Translations under genes and position numbers: made by a program
The notes under the pieces: generated by a model
Database searches by the model: none
What the model saw: the letters and a program-made list of their open reading frames with translations, nothing else
Told to the model about the DNA's origin: nothing
Shown: positions 28,065 to 39,491 of the stretch, piece after piece
Layout: every line of letters starts with the position of its first letter
Numbering within the stretch: the first letter of the stretch is position 1
From: an uncultured Gemmatimonadaceae bacterium
GTDB lineage: Bacteria; Gemmatimonadota; Gemmatimonadetes; Gemmatimonadales; Gemmatimonadaceae
NCBI GenBank assembly: GCA_963822945.1
Contig: CAWGJO010000039.1
Span: forward strand, 12,943 to 76,942
Direction of reading: 5' to 3'
Length of the DNA: 64,000 bases

Positions 28065-28080
28065 TGGAACGGAGTCTGCA
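28065..28080 (+). promoter_or_regulatory. candidate sigma-54 (-24/-12) promoter of lon
   Basis: TGGAACGGAGTCTGCA has GG and GC at the canonical spacing, 55 nt upstream of the lon ATG. Confidence 0.55.
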
Positions 28081-28134
28081 TCGTGCGGTACTGCCGATTG
28101 TCGGCATTACCTCTTTCTGGAGTATCTGTTTCGC

Positions 28135-30730
<2,596 letters not shown>

Positions 30731-30757
30731 GCGACTGCTCCGGAGACGCGGCGGCTC

Positions 30758-30787
30758 ACGCGGTCCCGGTTCCAGCCGGGACCGCGT
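30758..30787. terminator. bidirectional terminator hairpin between lon and the GNAT gene
   Basis: Perfect 12-bp stem ACGCGGTCCCGG-TTCCAG-CCGGGACCGCGT. Confidence 0.75.
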
Positions 30788-30794
30788 CGTGCGT

Positions 30795-31814
30795 TCATAC
30801 CCTGGCGCGCGCGTCCCAGGCCGTCACCGGTTCGCCGCCGAACCCCCGCTTGAACCGGTACAGCCCGTGGTCGGGATGGGCGTCGTCGGCCGCGCCCGCC
30901 GGCACGCCGCCCAGGTGGAGCTCCGTGACCCCTGCGGCACACAGCTCGCGGATCACGTGCGCGAACGCGCCGAACGGGGCGCGAACCCGGTAGCCTTCGG
31001 CGGCGGTACCACCCACCAGGTAGTAGGCGCGCGACCCGTAGACCAGGATGCCGAGCGCCGAGAGCGGCCGGCCGTCGCGCTCCACGAACCAGAAGCGGAT
31101 GCCCCCGGCGCGCAGCCAGGCCTCGATGGTCTGTTGATAGTGCTCATCGGACATGGGGCGAGCATGCGTCTGCCCCATCTCCCAGCGGCGGGCGTAGGTC
31201 GTGTCCTGCAACCGACGCAGCGTCATGGCGCCGTTCATGGAGGAGTCTTCGCGGAGATCGAAGCCTTCAGCCACCGCCTTTCGCACGTTGCGCCGGTGGC
31301 CCGACGACATGCCGGACAGGGTCGCATCGAGACTCTCGCCGAGCGGCACCGGGAATTCGAGGCGCGGGCTCACGGTGAAGCCGAGTTCCCCGAGCGTCTC
31401 CGTGGCCGATGGACGCAGCGAGGCGTACGCTGAACACTGCAGCCAACCGAAGCGCTGTTGCCTGGCGAACGCGCGAAGCGCCCGCACGGCTTCGTGCAGA
31501 TCGGCGTCGGCCCGCAGGAGCGGGGTGGTGTTCAGTTCCAGTTGGCTGCGGCGTGCCCCGAGGATCGGCAGCCTGGACCGAGCCCCTCCGGCGACCGCGA
31601 ATCCGACCGGTTCCTCGCCGTCGACGAACTCGAGGAACCACCGCTCCTGCCCGAGCGACTCGAGCACGCCGCCCCATCCGGCGCCATGAAAGGCGTTGCC
31701 GCCCATGTTCCGCACCTGCGCGTCCCAATCCGGCGGCGGCACGTCGCGTGTGGCGCGGATGGAGAGCGGGGCGCGCCCCGGTCCGGACGGGGTTCCCGAC
31801 AGAGGATGTGTCAT
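30795..31814 (-). CDS. FemABX-like / GNAT acyltransferase
   Basis: MSSGHRRNVRKA, RAYYLVGGT, LHLGG and GLYRFKRGFGG. Confidence 0.82.
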   Translation of the reverse strand: MTHPLSGTPSGPGRAPLSIRATRDVPPPDWDAQVRNMGGNAFHGAGWGGVLESLGQERWFLEFVDGEEPVGFAVAGGARSRLPILGARRSQLELNTTPLLRADADLHEAVRALRAFARQQRFGWLQCSAYASLRPSATETLGELGFTVSPRLEFPVPLGESLDATLSGMSSGHRRNVRKAVAEGFDLREDSSMNGAMTLRRLQDTTYARRWEMGQTHARPMSDEHYQQTIEAWLRAGGIRFWFVERDGRPLSALGILVYGSRAYYLVGGTAAEGYRVRAPFGAFAHVIRELCAAGVTELHLGGVPAGAADDAHPDHGLYRFKRGFGGEPVTAWDARARV

Positions 31815-31893
31815 TCAGGCCCGCGGGCAGTCTCGGTGCATGTCCGTCGGTCGAATCGAGTGTTGGTGATGGTCGCCGGCCGGTGGGGCGGCG

Positions 31894-33966
31894 TCAGTGA
31901 ATCAGCAGCGCGCCCCACTGCGGAACCTTCCACGGATTGCCGCGCGTTGCCAGTGGCCCCGTGCCCGGAAGGAAGAATTCCGTGTAGATGCTGTCCAGCG
32001 GCGTCATGAACGTGGCGGGCTGCCCGGTGGCCCGATCGTATTCGCCGGAGACCAGATCGGACGCCGGCGGGAAGTTGCCGGCACTGCGACCGGAATAGTA
32101 GTCGCTGATCATCTCGCCCCACACCGGAGCGGCCAGGGATCCGCCGGCCACGCCCAGCGCGATCGGTTGCGGGTGGTCGAACCCCAGCCAGACGCCGGCC
32201 ACGAGGTGGGGCGTCATGCCCACGAACCAGACGTCGACGTTGTCGTTGGTCGTCCCGGTCTTGCCGGCGATCGGGATGCCGTCGGGCACCATGCGCCGGG
32301 CCACGCGTCCCGTCCCGCGGTCGGTCACGTCCTTCATCATGTCGCGCACGATGTATGCGACCGCCGGGTCGAGCACCCGTTTCGGCGTGCTGTCGGGCGC
32401 CGTGTACACGGTGCGTCCGTAGCGATCGTCGATGCGCGTGATGAGTCTCGGCGTGACCGCCAGCCCGTTGTTGGCGAAGGCCGCGTAGGCGGTGACGAAA
32501 TCCAGCGGTTTCACCACCGACGCCCCGATCGCGCTCGACGGCACGAGGTCGATGGGTGTCTCGATGCCCATGCGATGCGCGAGCGCCGCCACCGAGTCCA
32601 TGCCGACCATCTGGCCGAGCTGGATGGCCACGGCGTTCCGCGAGTGGATGAGCCCTTCGCGAATCGTCATCGGTCCCAGGAACCGCCCGTCGTCGTCGCG
32701 CGGCTCGTACACATCTCCGTTCGGCAAGACGATCGACAGCGCGGTGTCGGGAACGATCGTGTTGGCGGCGATGCTGTCCTGCAGCGCCTTGGCGTACACG
32801 AACGGCTTGAACGCCGAGCCGGGCTGGCGAGCGGCGTTCACGGCGCGGTCGAAGGGGGACGCGTCGTAATCGCGGCCGCCCACCAGCGCCCGCACGTCGC
32901 CGGTGTATGGATCGATGGCAACGACCATCCCCTGCAGGTAGTCGGTGCGCGTCGGGTGTGCCGGATCGAACTTCGGATGGCGGTAGCCGGGGCGCGCCTC
33001 GACCTTGGCGATCCCGTCCACCAGCGCCTGCTCGGCGTCGTGCTGCAGCAGCGGATCGTCGGTGGTGTAGATCCGGAATCCCCCGCTCTTCAGCGGCACG
33101 CCGGCCGCGTCGGCGGCCTGCGTCACCGCGTCCACGAAATACGGCGCATGCACGGCGAAGCCCGCGTTGGGCGCGGTGATCAGCGGCTGGGCGCGGGCCT
33201 GGTCGGCCTGGCGCCGGGTGATGTAGCCCTGGTCGGCCATGAGGCCGAGGATCAGGTCGCGCCGCTCCTTGTTGCGGTCGGGGTGGCGCACCGGATCGTA
33301 GCCGGCCGGCGACTTGGGCAGCGCGGCGAGCGACGCCGCTTCGGTGACCGTGAGCTGGGAGGCGTGCTTCCCGAAGTAGTGGCGGGCGGCCTCCTCGATG
33401 CCGCACCACCGGTGCCCGAAGTTGATCGTATTGAGGAAGGCCTCGAGGATCTGGGCCTTGTTGTAGTGCTTCTCCATCTCCCGCGCCGCCGCCTGCTCGT
33501 GCAGTTTGCGCGAGATGCTGCGGTCGCGGCGATTGATCAGATCGGGATGGAGGTTGCCGACCACGAGCTGGGTAATGGTGCTCGCGCCACGCACGTCGCC
33601 GGTGACGGCATCCTTGAGCGCGCCGGCAATGCCGACGAGATCCACACCGTCGTGCTCGTAGAAGCGCTTGTCCTCGACCGCGATGAATGCCTCGGGGACG
33701 TACTTGGGGAGCGTGGCGAGCGAGATGCTCGTCCGCCAATCGAGGCCGATCTCGCCGATGAGGGAGCCGTCGCTCGCGTACACCTGCGACGACTGCGGCA
33801 GCGGCACGATCTGCCACGCCTCGGTGGGCGTGGAGCCCAGATGGGGCGCGCACGCGATCTCCTGCGGCTGCTGCGCCGCGAGGCTCGAGGCCGCCATCCA
33901 CATTCCGCCGGCCAGAGCCAGCACCAGACCGGCCCGTTTCCCGGTACGAATTCCCGAATTCACCAT
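31894..33966 (-). CDS. penicillin-binding protein 1A family (transglycosylase/transpeptidase)
   Basis: EDKRFYEHDGVD, GASTITQ, RKLHE, QPGSAFKP (SxxK), SRN and GKTGTTND. Confidence 0.95.
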   Translation of the reverse strand: MVNSGIRTGKRAGLVLALAGGMWMAASSLAAQQPQEIACAPHLGSTPTEAWQIVPLPQSSQVYASDGSLIGEIGLDWRTSISLATLPKYVPEAFIAVEDKRFYEHDGVDLVGIAGALKDAVTGDVRGASTITQLVVGNLHPDLINRRDRSISRKLHEQAAAREMEKHYNKAQILEAFLNTINFGHRWCGIEEAARHYFGKHASQLTVTEAASLAALPKSPAGYDPVRHPDRNKERRDLILGLMADQGYITRRQADQARAQPLITAPNAGFAVHAPYFVDAVTQAADAAGVPLKSGGFRIYTTDDPLLQHDAEQALVDGIAKVEARPGYRHPKFDPAHPTRTDYLQGMVVAIDPYTGDVRALVGGRDYDASPFDRAVNAARQPGSAFKPFVYAKALQDSIAANTIVPDTALSIVLPNGDVYEPRDDDGRFLGPMTIREGLIHSRNAVAIQLGQMVGMDSVAALAHRMGIETPIDLVPSSAIGASVVKPLDFVTAYAAFANNGLAVTPRLITRIDDRYGRTVYTAPDSTPKRVLDPAVAYIVRDMMKDVTDRGTGRVARRMVPDGIPIAGKTGTTNDNVDVWFVGMTPHLVAGVWLGFDHPQPIALGVAGGSLAAPVWGEMISDYYSGRSAGNFPPASDLVSGEYDRATGQPATFMTPLDSIYTEFFLPGTGPLATRGNPWKVPQWGALLIH

Positions 33967-34041
33967 GCTCTCCACATAAAGTACCCAATCGGGGGCCCAC
34001 GGTTGCCCGGCGACCGGCGCCCCGCGATGCTTATACCCGAT

Positions 34042-35880
34042 ATGACGGCATCCGTGCATCTGGCCATCGCCCAGTTCCACCCCCGCAAGGGGGACTACGC
34101 CGGAAACCTCGCCCGGCTCGGCCCACTGCTCGCCCAGGTCGACGCGCAGCAGCCGCGCCCGCACGTGCTCGCCTTCCCCGAGTCGGCCCTCACCGGCTAC
34201 TTCCTGGAGGGAGGCGTTCGCGAGCACGCCGTGACGGCCGGCACGCTGGCCGCCGACCTGCAGGCGGTGTACCGCGAGGCCGTGCCCGGCGACAGCACGC
34301 TGGACGTGGTGATCGGCTTCTACGAGTCGTGGAACGGGAAGTTGTACAACAGCGGCCTGTACGTCACGCTCGGCGGGGCCGAGCCGGTGATCCGGCACGT
34401 GCATCGGAAGATGTTTCTGCCCACGTACGGGCTGTTCGACGAGGAGCGGTTCGTGGAGCGCGGCCGAGAGATTCGCGCCTTCGACACCGCGTGGGGGCGC
34501 GCGGCGATTCTCATCTGCGAAGACGCCTGGCACAGCATGACGGCAACGGTCGCCGCGCTCGATGGCGCGCAGGTGCTGTTCATTCCCACCGCGCCGCCGG
34601 CCCGCGGTCCGTGGCGGGACGCCGATTCTCCGGGCATGCCGTCGAGCGTGAGCCGGTGGGAACGGCTGGCCCGCGATATGGCCGACGAACACGGCGTGTT
34701 CGTCGTCCTCGCCAACCTGGCCGGGAGCGAGGGCGGCCGCACCTTCCCGGGCGCCGCCATGGTGGCCGGCCCCAAGGGCGAAGTGCGCACCCGCGGCCCG
34801 CTGTGGACGGAGGCGCTCATCGTCCATACGCTCGACTTCGAGGACGTCGCGCGGGCCCGGGCCGACCAGCCGCTACTGGCCGACCTCGAGGTGATGGCGC
34901 CGCATCTGCGGGCAGCCATGGAACGCGTGGAGCGCCATCAGCCGCCGGTATTGACCTTCGATCCGCCGACGCGCCGCGCCACTCCCATGACCGCCGGCGC
35001 CGGTGCGCCGGGACTCGCCGGAGCGGGCGCGCTGCCGGTGGTCAACGGCGATCGCACCGACAAGCCGCCGGTGCCGCTCGAGATCGACCCGGCGCTCACC
35101 GAACAGTGGCTCGTGGAGTTCCTGCGCGACGAGATTCGCCAGCGGGGATACGGCAAGGCGATCGTCGGCGTCTCGGGCGGCGTGGACTCGGCCGTCACGG
35201 CGTTCCTGGCCGCGCGCGCGCTGGGCCCCGAGAACGTGATCGGCGTGCGCATGCCGTATCGGACGTCGAGCGCCGAGAGCAGCGCCCACGGCCAACTCGT
35301 GATCGACGCACTCGGCATCGAGGGCCGCACGGTGGACATCAGCGCCGGCGTGGACGGCTACCTCCAGACCGCCCCCGATGCCGACGCCACCCGCCGCGGC
35401 AACGTCATGGCCCGGATGCGCATGATCGTGCTGTTCGATCTCTCGGCAAAGCACGGCGCCATCCCGCTCGGCACGGGGAACAAGACGGAGCGGATGTTCG
35501 GCTACTTCACCTGGCATGCCGACGATGCGCCGCCGGTGAACCCGCTGGGCGACCTGTTCAAGACGCAGGTGTGGGCGCTGGCCCGGCACCTCGGCGTGCC
35601 CGAGGCCATCGTCAGCAAGCCGCCCACGGCGGATCTCGTCGTGGGGCAGACCGACGAGGGCGACTTCGGGATCAGCTATGCCAAGGCCGACCAGATCCTG
35701 AACTGGCTGCTCTCCGGCTACACGGAGTCGGACCTCGTGCAGCGGGGCCTGGACCCCGCCGAGATCGCGCTCGTGCAGAAGCGCGTGGCGCGGACGCACT
35801 GGAAGCGCAAGCTGCCCACGGTCGCGATGGTGAGCCCGACCGCGATCGGGGAGAGCTATCTGCGACCGGTGGACTACTGA
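34042..35880 (+). CDS. nadE: glutamine-dependent NAD+ synthetase (nitrilase and synthetase domains)
   Basis: FPES, HRKMFLPTYGLFDEERF, ICEDAWH, GVSGGVDSAV, GNVMARMRM and GTGNKTE. Confidence 0.95.
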   Translation: MTASVHLAIAQFHPRKGDYAGNLARLGPLLAQVDAQQPRPHVLAFPESALTGYFLEGGVREHAVTAGTLAADLQAVYREAVPGDSTLDVVIGFYESWNGKLYNSGLYVTLGGAEPVIRHVHRKMFLPTYGLFDEERFVERGREIRAFDTAWGRAAILICEDAWHSMTATVAALDGAQVLFIPTAPPARGPWRDADSPGMPSSVSRWERLARDMADEHGVFVVLANLAGSEGGRTFPGAAMVAGPKGEVRTRGPLWTEALIVHTLDFEDVARARADQPLLADLEVMAPHLRAAMERVERHQPPVLTFDPPTRRATPMTAGAGAPGLAGAGALPVVNGDRTDKPPVPLEIDPALTEQWLVEFLRDEIRQRGYGKAIVGVSGGVDSAVTAFLAARALGPENVIGVRMPYRTSSAESSAHGQLVIDALGIEGRTVDISAGVDGYLQTAPDADATRRGNVMARMRMIVLFDLSAKHGAIPLGTGNKTERMFGYFTWHADDAPPVNPLGDLFKTQVWALARHLGVPEAIVSKPPTADLVVGQTDEGDFGISYAKADQILNWLLSGYTESDLVQRGLDPAEIALVQKRVARTHWKRKLPTVAMVSPTAIGESYLRPVDY

Positions 35881-35903
35881 AGCCGCGGAACGACGAGTTC
35901 AGG

Positions 35904-35930
35904 GTCGGCGGTCCACGGTGGACCGTCGAC
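35904..35930. terminator. hairpin between the convergent nadE and HNH genes
   Basis: GTCGGCGGTCCA-CGG-TGGACCGTCGAC. Confidence 0.6.
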
Positions 35931-35961
35931 TGTGCACGCTCGACTTCAGGTCACGCTGGTC

Positions 35962-36366
35962 TCACGCCGCTTCCGCATACGCCAGACTCACCGCCCGCCG
36001 CGCACAACGCTTGAGCGCCCGATGGACGGCGCGCGCGTAGTGAATGAAGTTCAGGCCCGCCCAGGGAAAGCGGGCGAAGAACTCACTCGGCAGCAGATCG
36101 GCCTTCAGACGATTGCAGCGGCAACAGGCCAGGACGAGGTTGCCGGGATTGTGGGTGCCACCTTTGGCGAGCGGAAAGACGTGGTCCAGCGTGGCGGTCT
36201 CGAAGTCGAGACACGCCCCGCAGTACACGCAGCGGCGGCCGCAGTCGCGCATGGCCGCGCGCTTGAGCGCACGCTTCTGGTTGGCGGGGTGGGTCCGGCG
36301 GGCACGGCGCGGTGCCCGTGGGACGCGAGGGAGGGTGACGTGGTGATAGTGCCGACGGCCGGACAT
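35962..36366 (-). CDS. small HNH endonuclease (134 aa) with an Arg-rich N-terminus
   Basis: GAGGTG RBS before the ATG at 36366. CVYCG...TLDHVFPLAKGGTHNPGNLVLACCRCNRLK. Confidence 0.9.
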   Translation of the reverse strand: MSGRRHYHHVTLPRVPRAPRRARRTHPANQKRALKRAAMRDCGRRCVYCGACLDFETATLDHVFPLAKGGTHNPGNLVLACCRCNRLKADLLPSEFFARFPWAGLNFIHYARAVHRALKRCARRAVSLAYAEAA

Positions 36367-36378
36367 TTCACCTCGCGG

Positions 36379-36570
36379 AAAAAGGAGACACCCCGCGACG
36401 GGACAGGAGTCCCATTGCGGGGTGTCGCACCGGCTCTCGGTAGCCGGGTTCGGAAGACGAAGCACGTGCGCCGCTCGCGCGGGCGCATCGGACAGGCAAT
36501 TCGTCGCTGTCGGAGCGGTGCGTGCATTCGCCTCCGGTTGGCGAGAGACGGGCGCCGTGCCCGCCTGGCC
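36379..36570 (-). ncRNA. candidate structured RNA / attenuator leader upstream of the HNH gene (unassigned family)
   Basis: Five consecutive stem elements, a 6-bp loop-to-downstream complementarity (GACGAA/UUCGUC), and a final long hairpin followed by UCCUUUUU. Confidence 0.55.
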
Positions 36571-36664
36571 CATAAATGTGAGGTCGCGCCCGATCGCGCA
36601 AGACTTTTCTGCGTCGATCTCGCCACCGGACGGGTCACGGGCCGGTCACGGCGGCGGCCGGTGC

Positions 36665-36901
36665 TCAGCCGGCGCCTCCTGGCAACCGGCCGTCGGTGAT
36701 CCGCAGCACGGCGCCGTGCGCATCTACCACGTCGGCTGCGGCGGGCGCGCGCTTCCGGAGTTCGGCGCTCGATCCGACCGCCACCACGCAATCGTCAGCC
36801 AGCGCGACCGCGTCGGCCCACGGACGCCGCGGGTCGCCCGTCTGGACGCGGGCGTTGACGATGACGCGGGTGATCTCGGTGCGGTGGGGAGTATCGGGCA
36901 T
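36665..36901 (-). CDS. stand-alone amidohydrolase-3 N-terminal beta-domain-like protein
   Basis: IVNARVQTGDPRRPWADAVALADDCVVAVGSSAEL...VVDAHGA resembles the YtcJ-type N-terminus, but the ORF stops before the PGFxDxHxH motif. Confidence 0.6.
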   Translation of the reverse strand: MPDTPHRTEITRVIVNARVQTGDPRRPWADAVALADDCVVAVGSSAELRKRAPAAADVVDAHGAVLRITDGRLPGGAG

Positions 36902-36977
36902 CGGCGGCGGAACACGCAAAGCGCTTCAATAGGCGCACGTTAGCTTACAGGAATTCCGAACACCAGCCACCGTCCCC

Positions 36978-37925
36978 ATGCACTCCATCGCGACCAACAT
37001 CTGGTTCTGGGTAGGGTTCATCGCGTTCGTGCTCGCGATGTTGGCGCTCGACCTGGGCGTCTTCCATCGCGAAGCACACGAAGTGCGTCCGCGCGAAGCG
37101 GCGATGTGGACGCTGGCCTGGGTGTCGTTGGCCATGGTGTTCGCCGGCGTGCTCCACGTGTTCGAGCCGCGGGGGACGGCCATCACCTTCCTCACCGGCT
37201 ATCTGCTCGAGGAGTCGCTGAGCGCCGACAACATCTTCGTCATCGCGCTCATCTTCGCGTACTTCGGGGTGCCCAAGCGGTCGCACCACCGCGTGCTGTT
37301 CTACGGCATCCTGGGGGCGTTGGTGCTTCGCGGCGCGTTCATCGGCCTTGGCGCCCTGCTGCTCGCGCGCTTCCACTGGGTGCTCTACGTGTTCGGCGTG
37401 CTCCTGGTGGTCACCGGCACGCGCATGGCGTTCCACGACGAGATGGCCGAGTTCGACGGCGAGAAGCACCGCGTGGTACGGTTGGTCCGGCGCTTCGTCC
37501 CGATGAGCCCGCACTACGACGGCACGCGCTTCTTCACCTGGGACGGGGCGCGCCGGTTGGCCACGCCGCTCCTGCTGGTGCTGGTGCTCGTCGAGGTCAC
37601 CGACCTCGCGTTCGCCATCGATTCCATTCCGGCGATCTTCGGCGTGACCCGCGATCCGTTCCTGGTGTTCACGTCGAACATCTTCGCCGTGCTCGGACTA
37701 CGCTCGCTGTTCTTCCTGCTGGTGAGCGTGATCGACCGGTTCTACCTGCTGAAGTACGGGCTCTCGGTGATCCTGACCTTCATCGGGGTCAAGATGCTCG
37801 TCGATCACTGGATCCAACTGCCGATCTCGGTGTCGTTGACGGTGATCGTGGCCGTCCTGGCCGCCGCGGTGGGCGCGTCGCTGCTCTTTCCGAAGCGGGC
37901 CCACGCGACCGGGGAGCATCAGTAG
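36978..37925 (+). CDS. TerC/Alx family membrane protein
   Basis: LALDLGVFHR, GYLLEESLSADNIFV, DLAFAIDSIPAIFGVT and TSNIFAVLGLRSL. Confidence 0.93.
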   Translation: MHSIATNIWFWVGFIAFVLAMLALDLGVFHREAHEVRPREAAMWTLAWVSLAMVFAGVLHVFEPRGTAITFLTGYLLEESLSADNIFVIALIFAYFGVPKRSHHRVLFYGILGALVLRGAFIGLGALLLARFHWVLYVFGVLLVVTGTRMAFHDEMAEFDGEKHRVVRLVRRFVPMSPHYDGTRFFTWDGARRLATPLLLVLVLVEVTDLAFAIDSIPAIFGVTRDPFLVFTSNIFAVLGLRSLFFLLVSVIDRFYLLKYGLSVILTFIGVKMLVDHWIQLPISVSLTVIVAVLAAAVGASLLFPKRAHATGEHQ

Positions 37926-37986
37926 GGCGCCGGCCGTCGGGGGCCGGCAGTGCGCCGCCGCCCTCGCGCCGCCGGCCGCCGTGCCG

Positions 37987-38166
37987 CTACCGCCGCTCCA
38001 TCGCGTCGCGAATGTCGAGCAGGATCTCCAGATAGAGCTGCTCGCGGCGGTACGCGAAGTCGAGGGTCGTCATCTGCGTCGGGTCGTCGGACGCTTTGGC
38101 GCGCTCGAACGCCTCACGGTACATGTCGTCCAGGTTGTTCAGAATGCGGTCGCGGGAGCGGGACAT
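37987..38166 (-). CDS. small helical hypothetical protein
   Basis: MSRSRDRILNNLDDMYREAFERAK...LYLEILLDIRD with coding-like composition. The start could instead be 38307. Confidence 0.65.
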   Translation of the reverse strand: MSRSRDRILNNLDDMYREAFERAKASDDPTQMTTLDFAYRREQLYLEILLDIRDAMERR

Positions 38167-38392
38167 ACGGATCTTCTCGAGGGCGCTGAGGGTCAGTCGG
38201 GGAAAGTCGTTGACGGGGTCGGCCCGGTGGGCATCACCGCGCGTGGCGAGCAGCCGCTTGGCGGCGCTTACCATCATGCGGCGGGATTGCAGCGGTTCGT
38301 CGGACATCGGTACCGGGCCGGATACGGGCTGGGGCGCAACTTAGCCGTCCGCCGACGGGGGAGCAATCGCCGGGCGAGCCGGCGTCACCCGT

Positions 38393-38662
38393 TCACCGTA
38401 GCTGTTTTTCCCGCATCAACTGCGCGATCAGGCGGTCGTCGCGCGCCGTCGGTTCCAGAACGGAGAGCACTTCGGCCTCGGAGGCTCCCTCGCAGTGCAC
38501 CAATGCCGGCGAGGTACCCCCCTCCCGTTCGCGGGGAGTGCCGGCCCGGCGATCCACCTCGAGCACGGCGGTGACGGGCGCCGTGCCGGCGTCGCTGGTA
38601 CGCCGGATGCGCACGGCGGGTCCGTGGGAGAGAAAACGCTGATACAGGATCTCGTCGGCCAT
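38393..38662 (-). CDS. hypothetical protein
   Basis: MADEILYQRFLSHGPAVRIRR...VLEVDRRAG, the 3' part of ORF 38393..39016. Confidence 0.65.
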   Translation of the reverse strand: MADEILYQRFLSHGPAVRIRRTSDAGTAPVTAVLEVDRRAGTPREREGGTSPALVHCEGASEAEVLSVLEPTARDDRLIAQLMREKQLR

Positions 38663-38730
38663 CGCAAAGAAAAAGATAAGGTGGGCGAAAGAAGGTGCGC
38701 CGGACGACTGTCCGCCGCAAGCGTTGCCGC

Positions 38731-39078
38731 TCAGCCCGGTGCCAGGCGATGGAAGACCGCCTCGTCCACCACGCGACCGTCGCGCAGATGTTCGACGACG
38801 ATCCGTTCGAGCAGCGCCGGCGTCACCGCGGCGTACCAGATACCCTCCGGATACACCACCACGATCGGCCCCGTGGTGCAGACGCCGAGACAGGGCGTCT
38901 CGCCGCGCTTCACGCGCCGCGGACCGTAGAGCAGCCCCTCGCGCTCGAGCAGCGCGGGCAGCCGCCGGTAGAGGTCTCGCCCCGCATGGTCGGGAGAACA
39001 GAACCCTCCCGTGCACACCAGAATGTGCCGGGCGTACGGTTCCATCAGTTCGGACAGCCGGGCCATGGGAAGGGTCAT
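38731..39078 (-). CDS. thioredoxin-like [2Fe-2S] ferredoxin
   Basis: HILVCTGGFC...CLGVCTTGPIVVVYPEGIWY...IVVEHL. GAGG RBS. Confidence 0.9.
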   Translation of the reverse strand: MTLPMARLSELMEPYARHILVCTGGFCSPDHAGRDLYRRLPALLEREGLLYGPRRVKRGETPCLGVCTTGPIVVVYPEGIWYAAVTPALLERIVVEHLRDGRVVDEAVFHRLAPG

Positions 39079-39150
39079 CGGAGTCCTCAAGATAGCGGGC
39101 CCGGTGAACGGGGCGGTGGCCGCGTCCTCCGGGTGGGCTAAGTTACCGGC

Positions 39151-39483
39151 ATGGCCACCCCTGAGCAGTTCGCCGCGCTCGACATGCGGGTGGGAACGGT
39201 ACTGCAGGCCGAGCCGTTCCCCGAAGCCCGGAAGCCGGCCATCAAGCTGACGATCGATTTCGGCCCCGAACTGGGTGTGCGCCGGTCGAGCGCACAGCTC
39301 ACCGTGCACTACACGCCGGAGTCGCTGGTCGGCCGCCAGGTGGTGGCCGCCGTCAACCTCGGAACGCGCCGCATCGCCGGGTTCGAGAGCCAGGTCCTGG
39401 TGCTCGGCGCGATGCCCGGCCCCACCGAGGTCGTGCTGCTCTCCCTCGACCACCCGGTGCCCGACGGCACCCGCATCGCCTAG
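39151..39483 (+). CDS. csaA: CsaA / tRNA-binding protein
   Basis: DMRVGTV, FPEARKPAIKLTIDFG, SSAQLT and RRIAGFESQVLVLG. Confidence 0.92.
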   Translation: MATPEQFAALDMRVGTVLQAEPFPEARKPAIKLTIDFGPELGVRRSSAQLTVHYTPESLVGRQVVAAVNLGTRRIAGFESQVLVLGAMPGPTEVVLLSLDHPVPDGTRIA

Positions 39484-39491
39484 GACGGCCC

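Noticed and set aside
30731..30993. Lon C-terminal extension overlapping the GNAT gene by about 200 nt
   Set aside because: It would run through a perfect terminator hairpin. A single extra G explains it.
36535..36571. GCCCGCCTGG on the + strand, resembling the 3' end of a ZTP riboswitch
   Set aside because: The 5' aptamer half is absent and no suitable gene follows on that strand.
35962..36573. IscB/HEARO or Cas9-like assignment for the HNH
   Set aside because: The protein is only 134 aa, with no RuvC or PLMP motifs, and no transposon ends or array are visible.
36902..36977. Expected yybP-ykoY (Mn) riboswitch before the TerC/Alx gene
   Set aside because: The leader is too short and I found no matching conserved motif.
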